A stretch of 32,000 nt of DNA from Erysipelotrichaceae bacterium (GCA_030604855.1 JAUVVC010000004.1:120001-152000); one strand, 5' to 3'; counted from the first letter of the stretch, positions 15,258 through 24,159 are shown. Notes: generated by a model from the letters alone, not told the origin. Program-made: numbers and translations.

Positions 15258-16526
15258 CTATTTGGACATCCTTTTTAATTGTCTAATGTTATGCGTTCGC
15301 TTGATCTTGTTCAATGTGTTGAGATTGTTGATCAAGGTGTTTTCATAAGGACTTGATGCTTGTGGAGTAAAGAAAGGAATATTCTGTGTTCCTTCAGGAA
15401 GATACTCGATTTGGTTCCAGAGATCATCTCGATCGTAATCATAGCGGTCCATTTCTGCAAGTCCTACTGGGGTCAAGCGTAAATATTCAGGAACAGGCAG
15501 CGGATGTGCTTTGATCTCATTCATGGCCTTACTGAGGCCATTGATTGCCGATCTTGATTTTGGAGAGAGCGCAAGGTCGATGACCACAACGGCAAGTGGG
15601 TAAATGGCTTCTGGGAACCCAACGCGTTTTGCCGCATCCATAGCTGTTAATGTTCGCGCGACCAGTGGTGGATTTGCTAAACCGATGTCTTCGTATGCAA
15701 TCACGATCATTCGTCGTTCAATGGAATCCAAGTCTTCTGCGATAATCAGTCGAGCTAAATAATAAAGCGCCGCATCTACCTCGGATCCACGGATGGATTT
15801 CTGCAAACCACTTAAGGCATCGTAATAACCATCATCACTCCGATCAAAGCCAAGGTTGCCATGGATATGGAGTTCTTTTAATTGGTCTAAGCCAATTGTT
15901 TGACTTGGATATGCGATGCTTAAGGCATCTAGAATGTTGAAGGCCATGCGCACATCACCATTGCTAGAATCGATGATGGCTTCTTTGGCTTCCGGAGAGA
16001 CTTCAATATCAATTTGGCTTTCTTCATGAACAAGCGCTCGATCAATCGCTCTTGCCATCGCTTCTTTACTCAATGCTTTGAATTCACAAAGGATACAGCG
16101 GGAACGAATGGCTGGATTGATGGCAAAATAAGGGTTCATGCTGGTGAGACCAATCATCAGGACTGAACCATCTTCAACATATGGAAGCAACAAGTCTTGT
16201 TTATCTTTATTCAATCGATGGACTTCATCCACGATCAAGACCAATTGTCCGTTAAGTCGAGCGGACGCAAAAATCGCATCCAGATCTTTCTTATTCCCTG
16301 TGACGGCGTTGAAGGTCTCCAGTGGAAGCTTAAGTTCATTCGCAAGGATTGCTGCAGCGGTGGTCTTACCACTGCCAGGGGGACCAAAAAAGATGCAGGA
16401 GAGAAGGCGACCTGAGGATACAAAGCGTTGAAGCAGGCCTGTGTTGCTGGTCAAATGTTCTTGTCCGAAGACATCACTGAGATGTCTGGGACGGATGCGT
16501 ACGGCTAAGGGTTTTGAGTTTGTCAT
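15258..16526 (-). CDS. rarA: Replication-associated recombination protein A (AAA+ ATPase)
   Basis: RPRHLSDVFGQEHL, Walker A GPPGSGKTT, Walker B LIVDEVHR, and the C-terminal MgsA block AALYYLARL...IAYEDIGLA. Confidence 0.95.
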   Translation of the reverse strand: MTNSKPLAVRIRPRHLSDVFGQEHLTSNTGLLQRFVSSGRLLSCIFFGPPGSGKTTAAAILANELKLPLETFNAVTGNKKDLDAIFASARLNGQLVLIVDEVHRLNKDKQDLLLPYVEDGSVLMIGLTSMNPYFAINPAIRSRCILCEFKALSKEAMARAIDRALVHEESQIDIEVSPEAKEAIIDSSNGDVRMAFNILDALSIAYPSQTIGLDQLKELHIHGNLGFDRSDDGYYDALSGLQKSIRGSEVDAALYYLARLIIAEDLDSIERRMIVIAYEDIGLANPPLVARTLTAMDAAKRVGFPEAIYPLAVVVIDLALSPKSRSAINGLSKAMNEIKAHPLPVPEYLRLTPVGLAEMDRYDYDRDDLWNQIEYLPEGTQNIPFFTPQASSPYENTLINNLNTLNKIKRTHNIRQLKRMSK

Positions 16527-16583
16527 CTTACTTTCTATTTTACTATTAATTTGAGGATGATAAAATACAATTGAGGTTTAAGT

Positions 16584-17018
16584 ATGCGTGTCACCTGTCA
16601 AAGAGTAGAAAAGGCTGTATGTCGTGTTGAAGGAGTCAATGTTGGGTCGATCGGCAAAGGCTTGCTTATTTTTGTTGGGTTTAGCTTAGAGGATGAAGAT
16701 GAGAAGTTGAAAGCCATGGCTAAGAAGATTGCTCATGCGCGTTTGTTTGAAGATGAGATGGGTAAGATGAACTTAAGTGTCATGGAAATTAAGGGTTCTG
16801 TTTTATCCATTTCTCAGTTCACACTCTATGGGGATACACGTAAGGGGAATCGTCCTTCTTATGACAAAGCGGCTAAAGCAGAGGTGGCTAAGGATTATTA
16901 CGAGCGATTCAATGTTTATTTAAAAGAATGGATACCGGTCGAAACCGGAGTATTTCAAGCTGATATGAAGATTGAAGCTCACAACGATGGGCCTGTTACC
17001 TTATGGTACGAGAATTGA
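16584..17018 (+). CDS. dtd: D-aminoacyl-tRNA deacylase
   Basis: MRVTCQRV..., GLLIFVGF, SQFTLYGDTRKGNRPSY and the NDGPVTL C-terminus. GAGGT RBS. Confidence 0.95.
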   Translation: MRVTCQRVEKAVCRVEGVNVGSIGKGLLIFVGFSLEDEDEKLKAMAKKIAHARLFEDEMGKMNLSVMEIKGSVLSISQFTLYGDTRKGNRPSYDKAAKAEVAKDYYERFNVYLKEWIPVETGVFQADMKIEAHNDGPVTLWYEN

Positions 17019-17024
17019 GGAACA

Positions 17025-17879
17025 ATGATTAAAATGGATGGTAAGGCTTTGGCGTTGTCGCTTGAAGCTGAGATGAAATTGAGCGTTGATGCACTCAGAG
17101 AAAAGAATGCACGAATTCCAAAGTTGGTTGTCATTTTGGTCGGTGATAATCCAGCATCACAGACCTATGTCAAAAACAAAGCAAAAGCCTGTGATCGGGT
17201 TGGATTTTTATCTGAAATCATTACCTTGGATGGATCTGTATCTCAGGAGATCGTGTTATCAACCATCCATCGATTAAACAAAGATGAAACAGTGGATGGA
17301 ATCTTGGTTCAATTGCCTGTCCCTAAGCATTTGGATGCGAAAGCGATCGTACATGCTTTGGATCCGAATAAGGATGTGGATGGACTTCATCCCATGAATG
17401 TGGCAAAGCTCTATGAAAATGAGAAGGGATTTGTGCCATGTACACCAAAAGGCATCATGCGTCTATTAAAAGAATATAAGGTGGATGTCGTTGGTAAACA
17501 TTGTGTCGTCTTGGGCAGAAGTAATCTTGTGGGTCGTCCCGTTGCTCAACTCTTACTGAATGAAAACGCAACCGTGACGATCTGTCACAGTAAGACACAA
17601 AATTTATCGGAATTGACCCAACAAGCGGATATCATCGTTGTAGCGATTGGACGGGCAAATTTTCTTACATCAAAGGATGTGAAGCACGCGGAATGCATCA
17701 TCGATGTGGGCATCAATCGTGTTGATGGGAAGTTGGTTGGTGATGTGGCGTATGATGAACTTGTGGATAAGGTGGATGCGATGACGCCGGTACCGGGCGG
17801 TGTAGGTCCAATGACCATTGGGATGTTGCTGGAGAACACATTGGAAGCCTATAGAATGCATGAAGGAGAAAGCCTATGA
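17025..17879 (+). CDS. folD: Bifunctional methylenetetrahydrofolate dehydrogenase/cyclohydrolase
   Basis: DGKALA, VILVGDNPASQTYVKNK, VDGILVQLPVP, GRSNLVGRPVAQLL and PVPGGVGPMT. The start could instead be the ATG at 17034. Confidence 0.95.
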   Translation: MIKMDGKALALSLEAEMKLSVDALREKNARIPKLVVILVGDNPASQTYVKNKAKACDRVGFLSEIITLDGSVSQEIVLSTIHRLNKDETVDGILVQLPVPKHLDAKAIVHALDPNKDVDGLHPMNVAKLYENEKGFVPCTPKGIMRLLKEYKVDVVGKHCVVLGRSNLVGRPVAQLLLNENATVTICHSKTQNLSELTQQADIIVVAIGRANFLTSKDVKHAECIIDVGINRVDGKLVGDVAYDELVDKVDAMTPVPGGVGPMTIGMLLENTLEAYRMHEGESL

Positions 17880-18076
17880 TCGAGTATGGATTGAACGATA
17901 TCGTTGAAATGAAGAAGGAACATCCTTGTCATAAGTCGAAACATTGGAAAATCATTCGCATGGGAGCCGATATTAAGATAAAATGTTTAGGGTGTGGCGC
18001 AGCCGTCATGTTTGATCGCAGTGATTTTGAAAAAAAACTGAAACGCATGATTGAAAAAGCTGAAGTCACGGAATAA
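17876..18076 (+). CDS. DUF951-family small protein (YyzM-like)
   Basis: ATGA overlap with the folD stop. HPCHKSKHWKIIRMGADIKIKCLGCG matches the DUF951 pattern. Its position just upstream of ychF matches Bacillus. Confidence 0.8.
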   Translation: MIEYGLNDIVEMKKEHPCHKSKHWKIIRMGADIKIKCLGCGAAVMFDRSDFEKKLKRMIEKAEVTE

Positions 18077-18084
18077 GGAGAAGC

Positions 18085-19185
18085 ATGCCATTAACAGCAG
18101 GAATCGTCGGATTGCCCAATGTAGGGAAGTCGACATTATTTAATGCGATCACGCATTCGCAAGTAGAGGCCGCGAACTATCCGTTTGCGACCATTCAACC
18201 GAATGTCGGGGTTGTCGAAGTCAAAGATAAACGGATCGATCACTTAAGCGAAATTTTCATGCCGAAGAAGACCATCTATACTAGTTTTGAATTCACTGAT
18301 ATCGCGGGTCTGGTCAAGGGCGCAAGTCAAGGGGAAGGCTTAGGGAATCAGTTCTTAAGTCATATCCGTGAAGTGGATGCGATCGTGCATGTCGTACGTT
18401 GTTTTGATGACTCAAGCATCACGCATGTCGAAGGTACGGTTCATCCGTTACGCGACATTGAAATCATCAATCTGGAATTGATCCTAGCGGACCAACAATC
18501 CATTGAGAATCGTATTTCCAAAGTTGAGCGTAAGGCAAGAGCCAAAGATAAAGAAGCCATTTTCGAATTGAGTGTCTTGACAAAGATCAATGATGCGCTT
18601 TTAAAAGGCTTAAACATTCGTGCTTTGGATTTGGATAAAGATGAACAAGAACTCTTGAAAGGCTTTCACCTCTTGAGTGCCAAACCTGTCATTTATGTCG
18701 CAAACATGAGCGAAGATGCGGTTCATCAACCGGAAGCCAATCCATACTTCATGGAAGTTAAGGCGTTTGCGGAAACTGAAAAGAGTGATGTGATCGCGAT
18801 CAGTGCCAAAATCGAAGAAGAATTGGCTTTATTGGATGAAGAAGAACGTCAGATGTTTTTAGAAGAACTGGGCTATGCGGAAAGTGGTTTGGACCAGATT
18901 GTGCATCACAGTTATGAACTCTTGGGCTTATGGTCATATTTCACCTGTGGACCCCAAGAAGTGCGTGCATGGACCTTCCACAAAGGCATGAAGGCACCGG
19001 AATGTGCGGGCATCATTCATACCGATTTCCAAAAGGGCTTCATCAAGGCGGAGTGTTATCACTACGAGGATTTGATTCAATATGGAACGGAGCAGTTGGT
19101 TAAAGACGCAGGTAAATTGCGTATTGAAGGAAAAGAATATTTGGTGAAAGATGGAGACATCCTACACTTTAGATTCAATGTTTAG
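18085..19185 (+). CDS. ychF: Redox-regulated ribosome-binding ATPase YchF
   Basis: GIVGLPNVGKSTLFNA, YPFATIQPNVG, DIAGLVKGAS and the C-terminal TGS block IHTDFQKGFIKAE. AAGGAG RBS. Confidence 0.96.
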   Translation: MPLTAGIVGLPNVGKSTLFNAITHSQVEAANYPFATIQPNVGVVEVKDKRIDHLSEIFMPKKTIYTSFEFTDIAGLVKGASQGEGLGNQFLSHIREVDAIVHVVRCFDDSSITHVEGTVHPLRDIEIINLELILADQQSIENRISKVERKARAKDKEAIFELSVLTKINDALLKGLNIRALDLDKDEQELLKGFHLLSAKPVIYVANMSEDAVHQPEANPYFMEVKAFAETEKSDVIAISAKIEEELALLDEEERQMFLEELGYAESGLDQIVHHSYELLGLWSYFTCGPQEVRAWTFHKGMKAPECAGIIHTDFQKGFIKAECYHYEDLIQYGTEQLVKDAGKLRIEGKEYLVKDGDILHFRFNV

Positions 19186-19194
19186 TGTTATAAT
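19186..19194 (+). promoter_or_regulatory. Extended -10 element (TGtTATAAT) upstream of darA
   Basis: TGTTATAAT lies immediately after the ychF stop. AGGAGG follows at 19205-19210, and the ATG is at 19217. Confidence 0.45.
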
Positions 19195-19216
19195 AGTCTA
19201 AACAGGAGGTGACTTT

Positions 19217-19540
19217 ATGAAATTGATCATCGCCGTCGTATCAAACGATGATAGTCACAGCTTATCAAATGCTTTAACGAAAGAGAATTTTAGCGTTACC
19301 AAATTAGCCACAACAGGAGGCTTCTTAAAAATCGGGAACACGACACTTTTAATTGGGACGGAGGATGCCTTGGTCGACAAGTGCATTGAAATCATCTCAG
19401 AAGAAAGTAAACAACGTACGGAACTTGTGCCTTCAACGGCCTCGTATGATATCGGCCGATTTGCGACTTTCCCTGTTGAAGTCCAAGTGGGTGGGGCAAC
19501 CATCTTCGTGGTGGATGTCGAAAAGTTTGTAAAATTCTAA
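19217..19540 (+). CDS. darA: PII-like cyclic-di-AMP receptor protein (YaaQ/DarA/PstA family)
   Basis: MKLIIAVV...VTKLATTGGFLKIGNTTLLIG...VEVQVGGATIFV is nearly collinear with Bacillus subtilis YaaQ/DarA as I recall it. Confidence 0.9.
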   Translation: MKLIIAVVSNDDSHSLSNALTKENFSVTKLATTGGFLKIGNTTLLIGTEDALVDKCIEIISEESKQRTELVPSTASYDIGRFATFPVEVQVGGATIFVVDVEKFVKF

Positions 19541-19550
19541 TAAGCAAAAC

Positions 19551-19572
19551 AAAAGCGGATTTCCGCTTTTTT
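19551..19572. terminator. Bidirectional intrinsic terminator between darA and zupT
   Basis: AAAAGCGG-ATTT-CCGCTTTT with flanking A- and T-runs, between convergent genes. Confidence 0.75.
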
Positions 19573-19574
19573 GT

Positions 19575-20384
19575 TTATAGGAAGAGAAGTAGACTGACGG
19601 CCATGACCGCCATCCCAGCAATCATTCCGTAAATGGAAAGGTGATGTTCACCGTATTCACGTGCTGAAGGCAAGAGTTCATCCAGGCTGATGTAGACCAT
19701 GATGCCGGCGACACTGGCGAAGATGATGCCGAAGATGGTATCGTTCAACCAATTGAAGAGAATCAGATATCCAACCAAAGCCCCAACGGGTTCGGATAAA
19801 CCGGAGAGAAATGAAAGTTTGAAAGCTTTCATTTTACTTCCCGTCGCATAGAAGATAGGGACTGCTACGGCAATGCCTTCAGGGATATTGTGGATCGCAA
19901 TCGCAACCGCAATGGGAATCCCTAATTTAGGATCACTGATGGCAGCGGTAAAGGTTGCCAAGCCTTCAGGGAAGTTATGAATCGCAATGGCTAGAGCGGT
20001 AAATACGCCCATCCGCATGAGTTTGGCTTTATGTTCTTCACTTTGACCATCCATTTCTTCAACGGTATGGATTTCATGAGGGTTATCGGCTTCTGGGACA
20101 AAATGGTCTATGATTGCGATCAAAGCAATACCTAGAAAGAAACCGCCAACCGTAGCCCATGAACCCAATTTAAGGCCAAGTTCACCAACCAGGGCTTCTC
20201 GTGCTTTGACGAAAATCTCAATCATGGAGACATAAATCATAACCCCTGCTGAAAAGCCAAGAGCGATGGATAAAAAACGTGTGTTTGTTTTATTGGTAAA
20301 AAAGGCAAGAGCACTTCCGATACCGGTGCTCAAACCGGCAAATAAAGTTAAACCAAAGGCAAAGAGTAGTGTGGATAAATCCAT
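19575..20384 (-). CDS. zupT: ZIP-family zinc transporter ZupT
   Basis: 8 TM segments. A central His/Glu-rich loop (HEIHTVEE...EEH) and the blocks [12 protein letters not shown] and [13 protein letters not shown] are typical of ZupT. Confidence 0.92.
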   Translation of the reverse strand: MDLSTLLFAFGLTLFAGLSTGIGSALAFFTNKTNTRFLSIALGFSAGVMIYVSMIEIFVKAREALVGELGLKLGSWATVGGFFLGIALIAIIDHFVPEADNPHEIHTVEEMDGQSEEHKAKLMRMGVFTALAIAIHNFPEGLATFTAAISDPKLGIPIAVAIAIHNIPEGIAVAVPIFYATGSKMKAFKLSFLSGLSEPVGALVGYLILFNWLNDTIFGIIFASVAGIMVYISLDELLPSAREYGEHHLSIYGMIAGMAVMAVSLLLFL

Positions 20385-20404
20385 ATTAAACCTAACTTTC
20401 TAAA

Positions 20405-20647
20405 CTACCCACCCATCTTCGCATCCATCAAAATGATCTCATCGCCTTCCTCACAGATTGCTTGATCTGAGACATAGCGATGATTCTTAAGCAGAATGAG
20501 TTTATGGGTAAGGATGTTCTGTAAATGCGCTTGATTGCGAATGGCCACTTGCCAAGCTGCTTGAATGTTTAATGTGTTGGATGTTTCCAGCACATAAACA
20601 TATTTCTGTGTGACCTCAGGTCCAAAGTAGGAAAGTGTACAACGCAT
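20405..20647 (-). CDS. MoaD/ThiS-like beta-grasp small protein with C-terminal Gly-Gly
   Basis: At 80 aa it is MoaD-sized. The C-terminus LILLKNHRYVSDQAICEEGDEIILMDAKMGG has the same spacing as E. coli MoaD LLAAVNQTLVSFDHPLTDGDEVAFFPPVTGG: GDE plus 8 residues plus GG, then stop. Confidence 0.65.
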   Translation of the reverse strand: MRCTLSYFGPEVTQKYVYVLETSNTLNIQAAWQVAIRNQAHLQNILTHKLILLKNHRYVSDQAICEEGDEIILMDAKMGG

Positions 20648-20680
20648 AGCCTTATTATAATGAAAAAATAAAGATTATGC

Positions 20681-21094
20681 TTAGGATTGAATCAATCCGT
20701 TCTGAATTCTTTGAGAAAGATCCTTTAATTTGGCCTCAATGAGGTCGATGGTGTGGTGGAAAGCGACATCAGGCTGACCACTGGGGTCATCCAAACCCCA
20801 ATCTTCACGATGTTTGCAGGGAAGATAGGGACATTCCACGTTGCAGCCCATGGTCACAAGGATATCGATATTCGGCAAGGTATCGATGAGTTTGGGGTGT
20901 TGAGTGAGCTCCATATCGATGCCAAAACGTTCTTTTAGAATACGTACGGCATCTTGATTGATCTTATCTTTAGTCTCAGTTCCAGCCGAATACGCAGTAA
21001 AGACATCCGCATGCTTGGCTTTTGCCAAAGCTTCGGCCATTTGGGAACGGCAGGAGTTGTGTACACAAACGAAAGCAACATGGATATTAGGCAT
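20681..21094 (-). CDS. arsC: Arsenate reductase, thioredoxin-coupled LMW-PTP type
   Basis: CX5R P-loop VAFVCVHNSCRSQMAEA (Cys10/Cys15/Arg16/Ser17) and the downstream Cys pair in MGCNVECPYLPC...REDWGLDDPSG. AAGGAG RBS. Confidence 0.88.
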   Translation of the reverse strand: MPNIHVAFVCVHNSCRSQMAEALAKAKHADVFTAYSAGTETKDKINQDAVRILKERFGIDMELTQHPKLIDTLPNIDILVTMGCNVECPYLPCKHREDWGLDDPSGQPDVAFHHTIDLIEAKLKDLSQRIQNGLIQS

Positions 21095-21157
21095 AAAGAC
21101 TCCTTTTTCTTAATCATAAGCAAGAAGGATTTCCCTGTCTATGCTTTCGCATTTCAA

Positions 21158-21165
21158 TGTATAAT
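21158..21165 (+). promoter_or_regulatory. -10 element (TGTATAAT) placed 7 nt from the ispF ATG
   Basis: TATAAT at 21160-21165 is preceded by TG. The ATG is at 21173 with no SD between, a geometry expected for a leaderless transcript. Confidence 0.4.
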
Positions 21166-21172
21166 AAAGAAT

Positions 21173-21667
21173 ATGATACGTATCGGTCAATCCACGGACA
21201 TTCACCCCTTAAAAGCGGGTCGTCCTTTGATTTTAGGTGGTGTTCACATCGAACATCCTTTTGGTTGTGATGGACATTCCGATGCGGATGCCTTAGTTCA
21301 TGCGATTGCGGAAGCAATTTTAGGAGCTTTGGCTTTAGGGGATTTGGGGAAACATTTTCCAGATACCGATCCACAATTCAAAGGTGCGGATTCTTTGGAT
21401 TTGTTAAGGCATGTGGTTCGTTTGATGCGTATTAAAGGTTATCGTGTTGGAAATATCGATTCGATCATCCTGATTGAGAAGCCGAAGATGGCACCTCATA
21501 TTCCTAAGATGAAAGCGAATCTCCTCCCGATTCTTGAGATTGATGAAGTTCAATTGAACATCAAAGCGACACGTGGTGAGAAACTTGGCTTCATAGGTCG
21601 CCAAGAAGGTGTGATGACGCAGGCGGTATGCTTGCTTGTTGAGGAAACAGATGAATCAAAGATGTAA
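21173..21667 (+). CDS. ispF: 2-C-methyl-D-erythritol 2,4-cyclodiphosphate synthase
   Basis: MIRIGQSTDIHPL...GGVHIEHPFGCDGHSDADALVHAI...LGDLGKHFPDTDP...IKATRGEKLGFIGR. The track N-terminal extension (from 20954) overlaps arsC and was rejected. Confidence 0.95.
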   Translation: MIRIGQSTDIHPLKAGRPLILGGVHIEHPFGCDGHSDADALVHAIAEAILGALALGDLGKHFPDTDPQFKGADSLDLLRHVVRLMRIKGYRVGNIDSIILIEKPKMAPHIPKMKANLLPILEIDEVQLNIKATRGEKLGFIGRQEGVMTQAVCLLVEETDESKM

Positions 21668-22871
21668 TGAAACAAAAGTGATGCGGGATCCGATACATGA
21701 GTATATTCATGTGGATTACCAAATCATCTGGGACTTGATCAATGCACGTGAATTTCAACGTTTACGTCGTATCCATCAAATGGGAACGTCTTATCAAGTC
21801 TATCATACGGCCGAACACAGTCGTTTTGCGCATTCCCTTGGGGTCTATGAAATCATTCGTCGAATGGTGAATGAAGTCAAGGGTTTGGATGAATTCTTGA
21901 GTGAAGTGGAAAAGATACAGATCATGTGTGCAGGTTTGCTTCATGATTTGGGTCATGGGCCGTTTTCTCATTTCTTTGAATCGATTTTAACGCCAAATCA
22001 TGAAAAGTTAACGGCAATGATCATTTTAGGGGATTCTGATATCCATCGTATTCTTGTGAAATATTCCAAAGATTTACCAGAGGAAATCGTTTCCATCTTG
22101 AATCACAGTCATCCAAATAAGGTGATGAGTCGTATGATCAGCAGTCAGTTGGATGCGGATCGAATGGACTATCTCTTGCGGGATGCGTATTTCACAGGTA
22201 CGAGTTATGGAACCTTTGATTTGGAAAGAATCTTACGTACACTGCGGATTGTGGATGACCGCTTGGTCATCAAGGAAAGTGGTGTGCATTCAGTTGAAGA
22301 CTACATCATGGCACGCTATCACATGTATTGGCAGGTCTATTATCATCCAACATCACGAAGCATTGAAGCGATCCTCTATGCGTTCTTCAATCGGATGCGT
22401 GATTTGATAGTGCAGGAACCAAAGTATCTTGAAGCATATCCAATGTTTCAATTCTTGAAGCCGGTTCATGCGATCACCTTGAGGGAACATTACCAATTGG
22501 ATGAATCCAGTTGTTTCTATGGTTTTCAATGTGCATCGGATGATCAGGATACAATACTAGGTGATTTAGCGGTTCGTATTCTCGAGCGGAAGTTGTTTGA
22601 TTATGCGGACTTCAGTTCATCTGAGGATTATGAGTTGATGAAGCAACGGCTGATCGATTTGAATTATGATCCAAGCTATTATCTCTATATGGATAAGGCG
22701 GAGAAACGTCCTTATTCGCCTTATAATGAAGATACCAATCTCATTTACATTCTGATGCCAGATAAGACCATTCGAGAGTTATCGCAGGTTTCCGCAATCG
22801 TGAATGCAGTGGTTTACGGTCAAGCAAAGACCGAGATGAAATTATTTTACCCAAAGGAAGTGAACACATGA
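21651..22871 (+). CDS. HD-domain phosphohydrolase, YwfO/SAMHD1-like dNTP triphosphohydrolase family
   Basis: MRDPIHEYIHV...EFQRLRRIHQMG...HSRFAHSLGV...LLHDLGHGPFSH...DADRMDYLLRD. The start at 21651 follows GAGGAA and overlaps the ispF end by 17 nt; the ATG at 21681 is the alternative. Confidence 0.88.
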   Translation: MNQRCNETKVMRDPIHEYIHVDYQIIWDLINAREFQRLRRIHQMGTSYQVYHTAEHSRFAHSLGVYEIIRRMVNEVKGLDEFLSEVEKIQIMCAGLLHDLGHGPFSHFFESILTPNHEKLTAMIILGDSDIHRILVKYSKDLPEEIVSILNHSHPNKVMSRMISSQLDADRMDYLLRDAYFTGTSYGTFDLERILRTLRIVDDRLVIKESGVHSVEDYIMARYHMYWQVYYHPTSRSIEAILYAFFNRMRDLIVQEPKYLEAYPMFQFLKPVHAITLREHYQLDESSCFYGFQCASDDQDTILGDLAVRILERKLFDYADFSSSEDYELMKQRLIDLNYDPSYYLYMDKAEKRPYSPYNEDTNLIYILMPDKTIRELSQVSAIVNAVVYGQAKTEMKLFYPKEVNT

Positions 22872-24115
22872 AACGTGAAATTGTAATCAATCGTAGACAA
22901 GAAGCTTTTAAAGACCATGTGAGTGGCAGTATCACCGTCCTCTTTGCAGGCGATTTGGTGAAACGTTCTGCGGACAGTACTTATCCTTTTATCGTCAATC
23001 GTAATTTCTATTATTTGACGCACTGTGATGAGGATGGTTTGATATATGTCCAATTGCGAAATGCGGTGGGGAATAAGGAAATCTTATTCATCAAAGATCA
23101 TAATCCTGTAATGGAGAAATGGGTTGGGAAGTCGTTGACGAAGGATGAGGCCATTCACAAAAGTGGTGTCTTCATGATTCAACCCTTATCCCAATTTGAA
23201 TCATTCTTTGCGCGCGCACTCTCAAGAAATGACATACAAACCTTATACATCGACAGTGAACGGGACCAGTTGACGCATCGTAACAGTGAAGCTGAAACAT
23301 TCGTTCATCGCATCCAACGTCTGTATCCGGGTTTGGGCATCCTCAATATCAATCAAAAGTTGAATAAGATGCGTACGATCAAATCGGATGCGGAAGTGGA
23401 TTTGATCAAAGAAGCCATCGAAGTCACACGCTTGGGGATTGAAGCTTTGGTTTCGAAGCTTCAACCTGGACGTTTTGAGTTTGAAGCGGTTGCGGATTTC
23501 AAATATGAACTGAACAAGAAGCACTGCGATGTGTCTTTCGATACGATTGCGGCAAGTGGGAAGGATGCGACGATTTTGCATTACGTATCCAACCATAAAG
23601 AGATGAAAGATGGGGATTTGTTGCTTCTGGATTGTGGTGCTGCGTTTGAGCATTACTGTGGCGATATCTCGCGAACCTTCCCTGTGAGTGGCAAGTTCAC
23701 AGATCGTCAAAGAGAGGCTTATGAAATCGTTTTGGAAGCACAAAATGAGGTCATCAAGGCCATCAGACCAGGTGTCACTTTGATTCAACTGAATGAAATT
23801 GTGCGCAATGTTTATAAAGAGCGTTGTGTTCAAGCAAAGATGATTGAAACATCAGAACAGGTCGATGAGATCTATTATCACAGTGTAAGCCATTCCTTGG
23901 GGTTGGACACGCACGATGTGGGGGTGTTTGAAGGGGCTGTTTTGGTGCCTGGAATGGTGATCACGGTTGAACCTGGTTTGTATCTTGAACATGAGGGCAT
24001 CGGGATCCGGATTGAAGATGATGTTTTGGTTACGGAATCGGGTTGTGTGAATCTATCCCAATCGATTCTGAAAACCGTAGAAGAAATTGAGGCCTTTATG
24101 AATCTGTCGAAATGA
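22868..24115 (+). CDS. pepP: Xaa-Pro aminopeptidase (M24B family with AMP_N-type N-domain)
   Basis: FRQ-type N-domain (NRNFYYLT), metal ligand blocks LLLDCGAAFEHYCGDISRTFPV, HSVSHSLGLDTHD and VITVEPGLY...GIRIEDDVLVT. ATGA overlap with the upstream stop. Confidence 0.9.
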   Translation: MKREIVINRRQEAFKDHVSGSITVLFAGDLVKRSADSTYPFIVNRNFYYLTHCDEDGLIYVQLRNAVGNKEILFIKDHNPVMEKWVGKSLTKDEAIHKSGVFMIQPLSQFESFFARALSRNDIQTLYIDSERDQLTHRNSEAETFVHRIQRLYPGLGILNINQKLNKMRTIKSDAEVDLIKEAIEVTRLGIEALVSKLQPGRFEFEAVADFKYELNKKHCDVSFDTIAASGKDATILHYVSNHKEMKDGDLLLLDCGAAFEHYCGDISRTFPVSGKFTDRQREAYEIVLEAQNEVIKAIRPGVTLIQLNEIVRNVYKERCVQAKMIETSEQVDEIYYHSVSHSLGLDTHDVGVFEGAVLVPGMVITVEPGLYLEHEGIGIRIEDDVLVTESGCVNLSQSILKTVEEIEAFMNLSK

Positions 24116-24125
24116 CAGATTTTTT
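24104..24125 (+). terminator. Weak intrinsic terminator overlapping the pepP stop
   Basis: CTGTC-GAAAT-GACAG (5 bp) followed by ATTTTTT. The stem is short. Confidence 0.4.
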
Positions 24126-24126
24126 C

Positions 24127-24155
24127 TTGCATTCTATAAAAAATAGGAATATATT
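24127..24155 (+). promoter_or_regulatory. Sigma-A type promoter of the TetR-ABC operon (TTGCAT-17-TATATT)
   Basis: TTGCAT at 24127-24132, a 17-nt spacer, then TATATT at 24150-24155. Confidence 0.5.
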
Positions 24156-24159
24156 GAAT

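Noticed and set aside
20681-21094. Possibility that arsC marks an arsenic-resistance island
   Set aside because: No arsR, arsB/acr3, arsA or arsD is adjacent. There are no mobility genes and no compositional break visible by eye. It is a lone chromosomal gene.
20954-21172. N-terminal 73-aa extension of the ispF ORF in the track
   Set aside because: The extension runs antisense across the arsC 5' end and its RBS. The IspF homology begins exactly at MIRIGQSTDIH (ATG at 21173).
23243-23833. 196-aa minus-strand ORF inside the aminopeptidase gene
   Set aside because: It is long, but entirely antisense to a CDS carrying all M24 metal-ligand blocks. It has no RBS and no recognisable motifs, and it would need a promoter inside the pepP coding sequence.
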